Source: a virus (Duplodnaviria; Caudoviricetes). From it: a stretch of DNA of 64,000 nucleotides. A model generated the notes under the pieces. It made no database searches and was not told the origin of the DNA. It was given only the letters and a program-made list of their open reading frames with translations. Positions within the stretch are counted from its first letter, which is position 1; every line of letters starts with the position of its first letter. This document shows, piece by piece, positions 9,671-19,957 of the stretch. The DNA lies in IMG/VR virus record IMGVR_UViG_3300046788_000091, positions 2,135 to 66,134 of that record; one strand, 5' to 3'. The position numbers were made by a program, and so were the translations under genes.

Positions 9671-10879
9671 TTAACTCTGCTGGAGTTTGACATCTGGAAT
9701 CGTTAATAGTTCTCCGCCAGTAAGGACTATGGTATTCAAATTATTCGCAAGCAAGATGTCGCGCCAGTGGAAAGGAGTCCCGTAATACAGCGAACTTATC
9801 TGATAAAGAGATTCCCCTTGGCGTACTCGGTGCAGGCGTTTGGGCTTCGGCTGTGCTCGAAGAGCCATCTGTGTAGCACTGTCATCGGCTACGCCTGCCA
9901 AAAGCAGCGCATCGGCGGATAGCGCGCGGGACCAAGTCTCAAATTTTAGATTTTCTACCAGCGAACTTGTGGACATATGTACGCTAGCAACAATACCGCG
10001 CGATGTCGAAAGCAGCGATCTAACTGCAGTCTTGACACTACCCATTGCTTGAGCTCCGCGGTTAAGTGCATTAGCGGCATCTTGCCCGGGCTTAAGTATC
10101 TCGTTCTGGACCGTGTTTTCAGCGCGGCTTACTCCAGATTCGATAGTGTCTAGGCCAGAATTTATGCTAGAAAATATACTTGACTTAAGAAGTTGCTGCA
10201 CTTGTGCGTTAGCTCGAATGCCCGCGAGATCCTGATCCGCTTTAAGTAACTCAAGAGCTTGACGCGCTTTTGATACAGCGGTTTTCGGGTCTAGCGTGAT
10301 TTTGACAGCTTTGTTAGCGTCTACTCGAACCGTTTCGCCTTTGTACCGATAGTGCGGAGAGATAGTAAAACTATATCCAATCATATCCGCGCGCTTCCAG
10401 TTTAGATTAAACTGAGTAATCAAGCCCCGGATAGATAGTTGCTCAAACTGGTATTTGATTAGATTTCCGCGCTTGACCATGTCTTCAAAATCGCGTCTGG
10501 TTTGCTCGGCGTACCCGGTACCTGCGTATCTGTCATCCCATACGCCCGATACGGTAAACGGAGTATAATTCCAGCCTAGCACCTGTTCTACTGGCTCTTC
10601 GGAGCCCGGAAGATCTTGCCTAGCTGTACGTAGTTGAAGACCGAAAGCCTGTGGACCACGCGGGGCTGAGAAATTCTCTTTAGAAAATTTAAACTCCGTC
10701 CCGGATGGAACGAAGTCTATTCCAGATGCCGAGTCTACTCGCTGTAGCTCGGTGATCGTGAGCAGACGTTCAGAGCCTCGGACTTTTGTAGACCTGAGAT
10801 TCGGGTTAGCGGTCTCCTGCAACGTCGAATCAGATCCGAAGTCTGCTAGTTTTCTGTCTTTGGGTGCTGATAGAGCCAT
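9671..10879 (-). CDS. Tail tube initiator-like protein with C-terminal LysM domain
   Basis: HRVRQGESLYQISSLYYG..WRDILLANNL..GELLTIP LysM; immediately after tape measure. Confidence 0.65.
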   Translation of the reverse strand: MALSAPKDRKLADFGSDSTLQETANPNLRSTKVRGSERLLTITELQRVDSASGIDFVPSGTEFKFSKENFSAPRGPQAFGLQLRTARQDLPGSEEPVEQVLGWNYTPFTVSGVWDDRYAGTGYAEQTRRDFEDMVKRGNLIKYQFEQLSIRGLITQFNLNWKRADMIGYSFTISPHYRYKGETVRVDANKAVKITLDPKTAVSKARQALELLKADQDLAGIRANAQVQQLLKSSIFSSINSGLDTIESGVSRAENTVQNEILKPGQDAANALNRGAQAMGSVKTAVRSLLSTSRGIVASVHMSTSSLVENLKFETWSRALSADALLLAGVADDSATQMALRAQPKPKRLHRVRQGESLYQISSLYYGTPFHWRDILLANNLNTIVLTGGELLTIPDVKLQQS

Positions 10880-12672
10880 TAGAATCCACCCGGTACTGTG
10901 TGTTGTGATTGCGTGGGATGCTTAGTTGCCTGTTCGCCAATCTTAGCCAGACCGAATACGAATCTATCCGGATCTTCGCTTGCTACTTCAATCTTCTGAA
11001 TAGTCACATTGATCTGTGACTTGTCTGGACCCATGTTGCGCCACGGCTCTTCAGGCTTCGGAGGAGCTAGGTCCGGTTTTCCAAATCTATCCGGGTTAGC
11101 ATATTTAAGTGCAGCTTCGAGATCTTCTGTTTTGATATCATGCAATAAATTATTTAGAGTAAATAGCTCATCGGCTGTCTTCTGATTAGCGGCATCTTTC
11201 TTGAAATCATACAGATTAGGCATGAAGTCTTTGAAGTGCCTATAATCTTCTAAATCCAGTTTTCGGATATTCAAACCCTTGACTGTCTCGCCTGCTTTTT
11301 TGATAGATTCTCCCAGGATTTGCGGATCAAACAACTTGGCCTCAATTCTGCCTAGCTCCTCTTTAGCCTGACTTTGATTTACAGATCCAGTTTCACCTTC
11401 TTGTAGACCAGCAAGTTGGGGCAATAATTCCTTGCGACGTTTATACAAGTCTGGAATATCTCCCAATGCTTCATGTAGCGACATCTGAGCTTCATGAGCT
11501 TTTTTATCTTCCGCAGAGTGCGTATTAAGTAATTCGTAAGCAACCTGCAATGCACCTATGAATAGGCCGATAGCCGGAATAGCTCCCCCAATGGCTCCGG
11601 CAAACATTTTAATACTCCCGAGCAACCCTCCTCCGCCCGAAAATATCTCCATAATTGAGGTGCCTGACGTCTTGACACTGTCGACGAGATTTCCAACACT
11701 ATCTGCGAATTTTTTAAAGACATTGGCCCCTAATGACGCGCCTTTGAAGACTAGGAAAGTCTTACCTAGTGTTAGAAAAAGCTCTTTGTTTTCGTAAAGC
11801 CACCCAGCTACTTGCTGTACAAAACCAAATGCGTCTTTAATCATTCCTCCGATTTCGGAGACAGTCTCAGCGATAAGCTTAGGATGCTTTTCAATCCATT
11901 CGTTCCATCGTTTTACTTCTTCGGTCAATGCCTTCATGAGAGGCAAACCAACTTGACCTAGGGCAATCTGGAGATTGTCTTTCAGCGTAGAAGTCTGGCC
12001 CTTGAAAGTTTCACCCATCTGATCGGCTGCTCTCTTAAGAGCGGGCTGATCGAACATTTTCTCTACTAGACTTGCGCGATCTCCCTGAGACTTCTTATTA
12101 AACTCTTCGTGAGACATGCCAATAGAGCCAAGCATCTGGTTACCTAGCCGGTTGCGCTTGGTAACATTGCCCATCAACATTTCGGTTACGTCCATCCCTA
12201 CGATATCACTGCGGTTTCCGGTAGCGAGGCCTGCTGTAATAGCTCCGGCGGTGAGTTTGGCCAGCTTGTCGGGGCCACCTCCGGCTAGCGCTACCGCGGG
12301 CGCAATCATCCCGGCCATATCCATGAAATCTTTGGTGGTCGCTGGGGACTTCTTAGCTAGTTGCTGAAACGTATTAAATAGCTTATCAGCCTCGATATTT
12401 GCTTTAGCAAACCCCATACCTAGATTCATTTGCATGATCGTACTAAGCCCTATTTTGGCTTGTTCGATCTCTGAATTAAAGTCTACAAGGGCCTCTTTAC
12501 CGAGATGAAAAACCTCACGAATCGCAAGCGCCTCCATGGCGTGTTTCAAACTAAAGACCCCTTCACTGGCCTTATCAGCGTGACGAGCAATTTCTTTAAG
12601 CCCCCCAGACGCCTTGTCTCCATCAATGGCGTAGCGAACTTTTATATCATAAATAGTGCTTGTTCCGGCCAT
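10879..12672 (-). CDS. Tape measure protein (597 aa)
   Basis: Ala/Gly-rich helical protein, STLKDNLQIALGQVGLPL motif, follows tail chaperone. Confidence 0.85.
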   Translation of the reverse strand: MAGTSTIYDIKVRYAIDGDKASGGLKEIARHADKASEGVFSLKHAMEALAIREVFHLGKEALVDFNSEIEQAKIGLSTIMQMNLGMGFAKANIEADKLFNTFQQLAKKSPATTKDFMDMAGMIAPAVALAGGGPDKLAKLTAGAITAGLATGNRSDIVGMDVTEMLMGNVTKRNRLGNQMLGSIGMSHEEFNKKSQGDRASLVEKMFDQPALKRAADQMGETFKGQTSTLKDNLQIALGQVGLPLMKALTEEVKRWNEWIEKHPKLIAETVSEIGGMIKDAFGFVQQVAGWLYENKELFLTLGKTFLVFKGASLGANVFKKFADSVGNLVDSVKTSGTSIMEIFSGGGGLLGSIKMFAGAIGGAIPAIGLFIGALQVAYELLNTHSAEDKKAHEAQMSLHEALGDIPDLYKRRKELLPQLAGLQEGETGSVNQSQAKEELGRIEAKLFDPQILGESIKKAGETVKGLNIRKLDLEDYRHFKDFMPNLYDFKKDAANQKTADELFTLNNLLHDIKTEDLEAALKYANPDRFGKPDLAPPKPEEPWRNMGPDKSQINVTIQKIEVASEDPDRFVFGLAKIGEQATKHPTQSQHTVPGGF

Positions 12673-12717
12673 GGCTTTGACCTGACTCTACAGGAGTCCC
12701 GGAGCATTTAGCTACTT

Positions 12718-12990
12718 TCAGGCCATCCCCAGTTTACGGTCTTCCCGCGGATTACCTGTAAAAGTCCCTCCTCCGTTATTGTCCATTTCTCGTTTGATAT
12801 CTCCGAGAGATGTAAACATGTGATAACGGATATTAACAGGCAAAGCGAGAAACTCAGACCAGCTAATAGGAAAGTACCAGGCTAATCTAGTCCATTGCTG
12901 TACTAGATTTTCTACAGCGTCTTCGTACGTCCAGTCGAGTGCGGAGATCGCTTTTTCGCTTACGCGCTCTCCGAAGCGCTTGCGAAAAAA
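12718..12990 (-). CDS. Tail assembly chaperone -1 frameshift extension (G-T form)
   Basis: T-TTT-TTC heptamer at 12990-12984; the -1 frame stays open to 12718 (..FRKRFGERVSEK..WSEFLALP..). Confidence 0.7.
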   Translation of the reverse strand, partial: FFRKRFGERVSEKAISALDWTYEDAVENLVQQWTRLAWYFPISWSEFLALPVNIRYHMFTSLGDIKREMDNNGGGTFTGNPREDRKLGMA

Positions 12991-13319
12991 TCCTTGATCT
13001 CGTTTTCGTCTGGCGTGCTGAGCTTCTTCCAAGCGGCTACTACAAAGTTACGCGCTTTAGTAGACCACTTGTCAAAGCCTGCGAACGGATGCGTGATGTC
13101 GACCGTCTTTTGATTCTCACCATCCTGTACGTCGTAACTGACCATAGAGAACCGGATAAGCTCCTCGGTCATGCTTGTACCGCGAGTCTCGCCCTGCTTT
13201 GCAGCATAGGTCTCGTCTGTGCCGTCTGTTGTACGGATCGAAAAAGCCGTAATCTTCTGGCCCTCAGAATCAATACAGCCTGAGGCTTTAGAAATATCGT
13301 AACGAATAGTGCGATGCAT
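12960..13319 (-). CDS. Tail assembly chaperone (G form)
   Basis: Between tube and tape measure; ends EIKDFFASASESA, containing a slippery heptamer. Confidence 0.7.
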   Translation of the reverse strand: MHRTIRYDISKASGCIDSEGQKITAFSIRTTDGTDETYAAKQGETRGTSMTEELIRFSMVSYDVQDGENQKTVDITHPFAGFDKWSTKARNFVVAAWKKLSTPDENEIKDFFASASESA

Positions 13320-13341
13320 GGGGGTATCTTTCTAGGGATGG

Positions 13342-13776
13342 TTATTGGCGTGAAAGCTCCTGGAAGTTTCCAGATATCTTAGTATTGAGAAAGTCTTTCT
13401 TCGCGGCAGATTGAATCGAGTCAAACTTAAACTTGACATTCTGGAAAACCAGCGTCTCCGTCGGAGTACCCGCGCGATGCTTGATCGTCAAGACAATCTG
13501 GACATCCGGGTAGGCTGCGCGCGCTTGCTCGCGACCCACGAAGAGCAAGAGCACGTCTCGGAGTTTGCCGTCGAGTTCTTGGAAGCTCATGTCAAAGCCG
13601 TAGCCGTGATGCATGAAATCGTAATCATCTTCAAGTTCGCCCTGAAAGCCTGTTTCCGAGACTTCTTGCTTGGGAGAAATAGTCCACTCTAGGACTTTCG
13701 CCCATGAGCCGTTCTTAACGTCTCCGTCAACGATGACTTGGGCTGTAGTTTCTGATCCTCTTGTGCGTTGCGACAT
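13342..13776 (-). CDS. Tail tube protein
   Basis: 144 aa, directly downstream of sheath, beta-rich acidic sequence. Confidence 0.75.
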   Translation of the reverse strand: MSQRTRGSETTAQVIVDGDVKNGSWAKVLEWTISPKQEVSETGFQGELEDDYDFMHHGYGFDMSFQELDGKLRDVLLLFVGREQARAAYPDVQIVLTIKHRAGTPTETLVFQNVKFKFDSIQSAAKKDFLNTKISGNFQELSRQ

Positions 13777-13793
13777 TGCTTAGAGTGTCCTAA

Positions 13794-15326
13794 TTAGTTA
13801 GTGGTGATAGTAACGCCGGTACCGATTTCGGTGGTCAGTACAACTGCAAGCATATGTGGCAAAAGTTGTACTTGCATCAAGATTCTAAAGATGCCGTTCG
13901 CCAAATCCGTTGAGTTATTAAGAATGTCCATATCTACATTGAACGCTTCCACTACGCGTCCCTGGCGTTCCAGTCCTCCCAAGAAGCCCTTGAGCATACC
14001 GCCCATGGCTGCTTTACGCTGATCTGTAATCTTCTTCTTGACAGAGAATCGCAGAGCAAACGCTACACTGAGTTGAAGGAAATCCGCCATGCGCCGGCGA
14101 GTAATTTCAGTCTTACCCGAAGTCAAATCCGTGACTACGCCGGAGACGAACACCGGAGAGCCCAGGTCAATCTCCATGGCCGAGATACCCGCTGCACGAA
14201 GCGAGATATAGTCTGCTCTAGTAAGTGACGGCTGATAGATGCGCGTGATACCTGCCAAGAAGCGCTTAGTGTCTTCTTCGCCCGGATGAATGTCCACGTC
14301 CGTGTTAGCTAAGACCGTTGCCATCCAACTCTCTGGCCTGACAAGCACTTCGGCGTCCGCAACCGGATCAATTGTGTACGCGTGATTGTAACAGTAGACT
14401 AGTCGGTCACTACGATACGTCGCAACGTCCGAGACAGCCGAGGAAACCGACGTGGTTTGGTCCGCTGCGCCTATCAGGAACATGCGATCGCTCGAAGCGA
14501 GAGCAAATACCTTCGTAGCGGCTTTAAGATTTGCGCTCGTGTATTCCGCGCAATAAATAATCGCGGGACCCTTGAGGTTCGCGAGAGCATCGAGACCCAA
14601 GCCGGAACCGTGATAATCGCTGTCGGCTACGGAACCGTCCGTGCCTGCAACGCTGGTATAACCTGCATTGGTCGCACCGAGTTGGATATACCCGTCCGTA
14701 TCCGCGCCATCCGTGCTAGCTGCACTGTTAACCGGGCGAGTCGATGCGAGCTTAGTCAGGCGAATCGGAGTAGCATCGGCTGTTCCGACTACGGTAGCCG
14801 TATTATCCCCGGCGCTAGTTACGATATCAATATTCTCGAATGTCCATATCTTACCCGTGATCGAGTCACGAATAAGCAGGTTAAAAGCATTAGCTACGCC
14901 ACTGGTAGCAGCTACAATTTTAAAAGCGAGCTGATTACCCCACAAGCCTGGGTTGGCTGCGGCAATGTGAAGCACTTCGGTTCCGGCTCCGCCGGCTGCG
15001 CTCTCTGCGTTGTAACTAGCAGTAGCTGCGGCTGCGGCAAATACGCGTTGGACCCAAAGCGAGCTAAAGCCCTTATTGAGCAAGCTACGCCAGACTAGGT
15101 TAGTCTGAACACCAGAAAGATACCCGCCACCGAAGACATCAACAAACGCCTGTTCTCCGTCGATAAACACCGGATGATCCGTCGGACCCTTGAGTGTCAC
15201 ACCGAAGACACCTACTGTATTGAGAGACTGTTCTACTACTGTAGCAGGCGGATTAGTCTCTTTAATATACACGCCTTCGAGCTGGCTAAAGTCCGAATCG
15301 TTTGTAGTAAAAAACGGAGCTGGCAT
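13794..15326 (-). CDS. Contractile tail sheath protein
   Basis: EGVYIKE..P, FVDVFGG, EITRRRMADFL sheath C-terminal motifs; 510 aa. Confidence 0.9.
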   Translation of the reverse strand: MPAPFFTTNDSDFSQLEGVYIKETNPPATVVEQSLNTVGVFGVTLKGPTDHPVFIDGEQAFVDVFGGGYLSGVQTNLVWRSLLNKGFSSLWVQRVFAAAAATASYNAESAAGGAGTEVLHIAAANPGLWGNQLAFKIVAATSGVANAFNLLIRDSITGKIWTFENIDIVTSAGDNTATVVGTADATPIRLTKLASTRPVNSAASTDGADTDGYIQLGATNAGYTSVAGTDGSVADSDYHGSGLGLDALANLKGPAIIYCAEYTSANLKAATKVFALASSDRMFLIGAADQTTSVSSAVSDVATYRSDRLVYCYNHAYTIDPVADAEVLVRPESWMATVLANTDVDIHPGEEDTKRFLAGITRIYQPSLTRADYISLRAAGISAMEIDLGSPVFVSGVVTDLTSGKTEITRRRMADFLQLSVAFALRFSVKKKITDQRKAAMGGMLKGFLGGLERQGRVVEAFNVDMDILNNSTDLANGIFRILMQVQLLPHMLAVVLTTEIGTGVTITTN

Positions 15327-15432
15327 GTTTGGTCCTCTACAGATTTTCGCTATTAATTGCGCCTAGTTACGCTTCGGCGCTAGCGTGCGTCTGGAGATCC
15401 AAGACGTGCGGCTTGGTTTAGCCGTTACGGCT

Positions 15433-15461
15433 AACCTAGAGTATAATATCTAACAACGCAA
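15433..15461 (-). promoter_or_regulatory. Predicted late promoter TTGCGT-N17-TAGGTT for the sheath operon
   Basis: Hexamers at 15461-15456 and 15438-15433, 17-bp spacer; structured ~100-nt leader follows. Confidence 0.6.
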
Positions 15462-15464
15462 CTT

Positions 15465-16112
15465 TTAGGGAGCCTGTACGGTAGACCCGTCTAGTTGCAC
15501 TGTGCTTTTATCTGTTTTTGCTACTGTGCTGGCGTCTGTAATCACAGCTTCGAAATCAGTAGATACGATTACATCAAGCTCAGCAATTGTAACAGCATTG
15601 GCGCTAGTTAGTGCTGGAAAATCTATCATTAGTTCGAGATACGTATATCTGTGGCTTTCGAAAGACATTTCTTCTTTCCAGTCTTCTTGGTCTAGTCTGA
15701 CTTTTAATTCAGCACTGTATAGACTTACATAACCGTTAATAGTCAGGGTAGGTGTGCTGAGAATAAGTGTTCCGGGTGCCCAGGGATCGGCCAAGAAAAG
15801 ATCCAAGATTAGTTGCTCAAATTTTTCTCGCTCCGGCTTGGTCCTAGTCCAGAGTTCCAACTGGATAATGCCTGTAAAATCTCCTACTTGATAAACCAAC
15901 TTACCGTCGTCCGGATCTGTATAGTAAACCTCGTCGGCATTTGATGGCTCAAACGTGGTTATCTGAGGCATCAGACGCACGGACGGACCCTCGGGGAAGT
16001 TTGTCTCCGGGCCAGCTTGAGCCGTGGCTACACTTGCAAGAGTAGGAATAGCGCCGGCAATATATGCAGCGATAGCATCTCCAATTATGCGTTTTATGTT
16101 AGTAGACGCCAT
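15465..16112 (-). CDS. Putative tail terminator / neck protein
   Basis: Synteny upstream of sheath; 215 aa. Confidence 0.5.
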   Translation of the reverse strand: MASTNIKRIIGDAIAAYIAGAIPTLASVATAQAGPETNFPEGPSVRLMPQITTFEPSNADEVYYTDPDDGKLVYQVGDFTGIIQLELWTRTKPEREKFEQLILDLFLADPWAPGTLILSTPTLTINGYVSLYSAELKVRLDQEDWKEEMSFESHRYTYLELMIDFPALTSANAVTIAELDVIVSTDFEAVITDASTVAKTDKSTVQLDGSTVQAP

Positions 16113-16661
16113 TTACGGTGTACCGGATCCAGTTGCTCGGTTAAAAAAGCGACCTAGAACCCGATTTACCTCTGAATCCATCAAGGTTGCAAGTTTAGGC
16201 AGATTGCTATAGACAAAGCGCCTACCTTTGATTCCGACTTTCTCAAACTTCTTAGATATCGCCCAAGCTATAGAACTAGCTTCGTCTTCGAGGTTCCACT
16301 TAACCAATTTTCTATGTCGAGTATTTTTAATCTTATTTACTATGATAGTACCGTTGAGTATTTTTCTGTATACCCAGGCTTTGAGCGCGTCTAATCCGGC
16401 TCGGCCTATTTTAAACGGTCTAGCTCCGGCTTCCATAACTCCGGCATATGGCTGATCGTTGATAAGATCTACTCCGTCTGACATCTTGACGATACGCCAT
16501 GCGTTGCGGAGAATTCCTCTATCTACGGGGCTCTTGTCTACGATAAAAGCTTTGCCGCGCTGAGCTGCGCTGAACATTGCCCGTTGGATTACTTTAGGCA
16601 AGCCGTTACCGTCGGACCGAAGCCTGGCTCCTAATTGCCCTGGCTCAATAGTGATAGACAT
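16113..16661 (-). CDS. HK97 gp10-like tail completion protein
   Basis: SPVDRGILRNAW..NDQPYAGVMEAG..GIKGRRF motifs. Confidence 0.65.
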   Translation of the reverse strand: MSITIEPGQLGARLRSDGNGLPKVIQRAMFSAAQRGKAFIVDKSPVDRGILRNAWRIVKMSDGVDLINDQPYAGVMEAGARPFKIGRAGLDALKAWVYRKILNGTIIVNKIKNTRHRKLVKWNLEDEASSIAWAISKKFEKVGIKGRRFVYSNLPKLATLMDSEVNRVLGRFFNRATGSGTP

Positions 16662-17119
16662 TATTCACCCGCAAGTAATTGCGTATGATAATGCTTGAAG
16701 TCCAGAAGCCAGCCAATTTTGTTGCGCTGAGCTTGGGGTACTCCACTAAGAATCCAAGTGGTCGTGTCTGCCGCTTGACCGTTGCGTTCTACTAGCTTGA
16801 AGAAAACTTCAACGCCCGGGGCTTTGGGGTCGCCTTGCAGGAAATTTTCTGTATACGTCAGAGACGTATTTACAGCCTGCATAGTCCTATCTTCGTGTCT
16901 ACCCGGAGTAAGCAGGACTTCTCCGCCTTTGAAAGTGATCTTGGGCGTAGGATTAATCTTAGTTACTACACTGGTAGCTACGTTCCCCGCTCCTACTTCG
17001 CCTCCGTCCCACGTTCGGACGATTTGATATAGATCGTACGCCGGAAGACCGAACTTATCAGCGAATTTTTGTCTAAGCAGGTCTACTCGGGGGATAAGTT
17101 TGTCTACTAGATTAGACAT
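16661..17119 (-). CDS. Putative head closure protein
   Basis: Synteny in neck module. Confidence 0.45.
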   Translation of the reverse strand: MSNLVDKLIPRVDLLRQKFADKFGLPAYDLYQIVRTWDGGEVGAGNVATSVVTKINPTPKITFKGGEVLLTPGRHEDRTMQAVNTSLTYTENFLQGDPKAPGVEVFFKLVERNGQAADTTTWILSGVPQAQRNKIGWLLDFKHYHTQLLAGE

Positions 17120-17490
17120 TAGCCGAAACTCATATATCCGCCGCGCATACCGCCAGCTCGGTAGTAGTTTTTCTTGATCTCAACCTGTAGAACGTGCGCG
17201 ATAGCTTCTACCAAGCGCGCACCTTCGTTCTTTAGATGCATGATTCCCTGATCAGAATCTAATCCGATAGTGTCTACTTTGGTTACACCTACGGTTTCAA
17301 GAGCGCTAGTAATCTTAGTGTCAATATCTGTAAGACTAACTAGATAACCCTGGATTAGCGCAGTCTCATCAGGCAAGACCGTTTCTACCGCGGTCATTGC
17401 CGCTTCGAGACGCGTCTGCAACTGCCAGAAGCGCGCACCCCAACCCAGGAGCACGCGTATGCGTGCTTTCTCCGAGCTGAGGAAAGGCAT
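17119..17490 (-). CDS. Putative head-tail adaptor
   Basis: Small helical protein (EKARIRVLLGW) at start of neck module. Confidence 0.5.
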   Translation of the reverse strand: MPFLSSEKARIRVLLGWGARFWQLQTRLEAAMTAVETVLPDETALIQGYLVSLTDIDTKITSALETVGVTKVDTIGLDSDQGIMHLKNEGARLVEAIAHVLQVEIKKNYYRAGGMRGGYMSFG

Positions 17491-17873
17491 TAGGCCCCCG
17501 CCTTATTCTTCGCCTGAGGGGTAGCTACGGCTTCGGAGGCCTTCTTAGCGGCAAGGCTCTCGCGAAGAGCCTGCACTCCCGCGGGCTCACCCGGGGGCTT
17601 ATTGTTATTGACTGATACGATCCTAGAAACTAATGCCGGTGCAGCCGGGACTTTCATCCATACTTTGTGCATAGACGCGTCTGCTGGAATTAGTTGAGGG
17701 ATACATGTCTCAAGCGGCGAGGGCTTGCGATTGCCTCCGTCACCACGAGTAGGCGCACAAAGGCGCAACGGAATATCCAACTCAGCACCGGGAAGAATTT
17801 CTCCTAGATTGAGAGATTCACCGTTTAGGGTGTGCTCAGTAGGATTCTTAAAGCGCATTGTTTCAATAGACAT
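17490..17873 (-). CDS. Hypothetical protein
   Basis: 127-aa ORF coupled to the next gene. Confidence 0.45.
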   Translation of the reverse strand: MSIETMRFKNPTEHTLNGESLNLGEILPGAELDIPLRLCAPTRGDGGNRKPSPLETCIPQLIPADASMHKVWMKVPAAPALVSRIVSVNNNKPPGEPAGVQALRESLAAKKASEAVATPQAKNKAGA

Positions 17874-17964
17874 ATGGGGTAATCTTTCTTTGTAAGGGGT
17901 CTAAAAAGGTCCCGCCCCGCTCACCCGGAGACCCCCCGGAGACAGGCAAACAGGGCGGAATACG

Positions 17965-18774
17965 TTAGTAGCCTACTGTGGCAGTACAGACAACCGTCGG
18001 AGATGTGGAGCCGGACATAGACCAGCGAACCGCGCGAACCGGGAGAGTTACAACTTTCGAAGCGTTCGAAGTACAGGTAAGCGCTGTGGCAACCCACACG
18101 GGGCTAGTAGCCCTCGGATCAGCGCAAGTCTCGACGGTCATCGTACCCGAGCCGAACGTGCCCGTAGCTGTCAGAGTGACAGCTACAGCGTCTGTACAAT
18201 CGAAGCCCTTTGATGCTCCGTCTGCCGAGATAGTACCTAGTGCGATTGTACGAGTAGTGGTCGGCTTGAGAACCGCGCTGACATCGGCAGCAAGAGCCAG
18301 GCCAGCCTGTATCTCAGTAACCGCGTCTGCCGCAAGTTCCGCTGCACCGATTGCGTCCGTAGCAATTGCCGCGGCAGTAATCGCGCCCGAGGCAAAAGCC
18401 GTAGAGGCAATTCCGCCAGAGGCTACGGTGACACCCGCTACGTTCTGATCAAACAGAGTAACCTGATGTACCACGTTCAGTGTATCGGCAGTAGCTACCG
18501 CGACATTGACAGCAAGTGCGCCGATTGTGTTAAGATCCGTAGCGGTAAAGACAATCTTATACCATCCGCCGGAAATCTCAGTAACTGCGCCGCCAGCCGA
18601 AGCGAACGCTCCGCCTGCTTTGCTGATAGTCACGACAGGCACAACTGCCGTATCATCCGTGCCGTCGGCACTCTTCACAAGGTGAAATACCCAAGTAGCT
18701 TGGGCTGCTGTGGCTTCGCTCTGTGTGAATACCATCGGCTCGCCACTGGATCCTTTAACAGCTACTGCGGTCAT
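17965..18774 (-). CDS. Putative capsid decoration / virion protein
   Basis: Ala/Thr/Val-rich 269 aa directly after the major capsid gene. Confidence 0.45.
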   Translation of the reverse strand: MTAVAVKGSSGEPMVFTQSEATAAQATWVFHLVKSADGTDDTAVVPVVTISKAGGAFASAGGAVTEISGGWYKIVFTATDLNTIGALAVNVAVATADTLNVVHQVTLFDQNVAGVTVASGGIASTAFASGAITAAAIATDAIGAAELAADAVTEIQAGLALAADVSAVLKPTTTRTIALGTISADGASKGFDCTDAVAVTLTATGTFGSGTMTVETCADPRATSPVWVATALTCTSNASKVVTLPVRAVRWSMSGSTSPTVVCTATVGY

Positions 18775-18840
18775 AGTAATTAGTCCTTATGAGATAAAAA
18801 GAGATAAGCAAACGAGTTAATGAGAGTAATCAAATCAATA

Positions 18841-18867
18841 ATAGGGTCTAGTTTTACTAGATCCTAT
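18841..18867 (-). terminator. Probable intrinsic terminator after the major capsid gene
   Basis: ATAGGGTCTAG-TTTTA-CTAGATCCTAT hairpin followed by a U-rich run on the minus strand. Confidence 0.6.
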
Positions 18868-18877
18868 TGTTTACTGA

Positions 18878-19957
18878 TTACACCGAGAGATCACCGAGTA
18901 CGCCGCACGTGTTGGGCCGCTCAAGCTGAATCTGTGGATACAGAATCATCTGAATCGGGTAAAGGTCGCCCGTAATTGCCAGCGGGTTGAGACGCGCACG
19001 GAACGGACATGCGCCACTCATGAGCTGCTCTTCCGGCATCGCCTGGAGTTGTACCATGCGGGGCGAACGATTCGCCTCTGTCGGCATGTCGTCAAGAGCC
19101 CGGAGCTTCACATAGTTCGTGTTAAGGAACGACATGTAACCGGCCGGGTGATTGACGCTCGCGATAACCGGGATACCGTCAAACTCAAGCGCCCGATAAC
19201 CACCATCGAGTACAATCTTCTGACCACGGATGGTCACTTCTTGTACGTAACGGCGTTGCTGGCCAAACAGAAGACCGTATGCCTCATGCTGAGTAGCATC
19301 GCACATGATCAAGTCGGGCATTTCACCGCAGGCGTTGTAAATGTCCTTACGGATGTCACGCATCAACTCAAACGTGAGTGGACGAGCTACACCACCGTTG
19401 AGACGGTTATTCGCGGCCCAATCCGAGTAGGTACCGCGGATGATGCCGGCATATGTGCCAACGCTCGAAAGCGGAGCCGAGCTAGTAAGCGTCGCGCCAC
19501 CGTAGAGTCCGAGCATCGCGTTGCTAGTACCGTCGCCTGTCCAGAAATCTCGACCGAGATTCTTCGCAAGACGCCGAATCGCATTCATCGTCTTGTGCAT
19601 CCACAGGTCTTGCAATTCGCTTGCACCGAAACCGGGGCCAGCCGAACCGCGCGCAGCCGACAGGGCCTTACCTGTTACAGCGATCGACTCTGAATAGTCA
19701 CACCAACTAAGAGTAGCCGGTACGATGTCATCATCGCCGTACGTCGAGACGGTAGCGCCTTCAGTCAGGTTTGACGAAGATGATTCCGATGCGTTCTTAA
19801 ACTCCGCATCCCAAACGAGCGTCTTGTGCTGACCCGCCTCGAACGGAATCAGTTGCAATTCGGGTGCTGTACGATTCATCTGCGGAATCACTTTGTCTTG
19901 CAGCAAAGTGGGTAGAGCAGAGGTGATCCTTCCAAGATCTACGGTTGGCCACGACAA
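18878..19957 (-). CDS. Major capsid protein (HK97 fold), TTG start
   Basis: 359 aa; LTFELMRDI..PDLIMCD..FDGIPVIAS..MSFLNT pattern; GGAG 7 nt upstream of TTG; terminator downstream. Confidence 0.8.
   Translation of the reverse strand: MSWPTVDLGRITSALPTLLQDKVIPQMNRTAPELQLIPFEAGQHKTLVWDAEFKNASESSSSNLTEGATVSTYGDDDIVPATLSWCDYSESIAVTGKALSAARGSAGPGFGASELQDLWMHKTMNAIRRLAKNLGRDFWTGDGTSNAMLGLYGGATLTSSAPLSSVGTYAGIIRGTYSDWAANNRLNGGVARPLTFELMRDIRKDIYNACGEMPDLIMCDATQHEAYGLLFGQQRRYVQEVTIRGQKIVLDGGYRALEFDGIPVIASVNHPAGYMSFLNTNYVKLRALDDMPTEANRSPRMVQLQAMPEEQLMSGACPFRARLNPLAITGDLYPIQMILYPQIQLERPNTCGVLGDLSV

Noticed and set aside
1735-19693. Many plus-strand ORFs overlapping structural genes (e.g. 1735-2523, 14457-15098, 19049-19693)
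   Set aside because: They are antisense to well-supported genes and have no motifs or SD. This is typical shadow-ORF behaviour.
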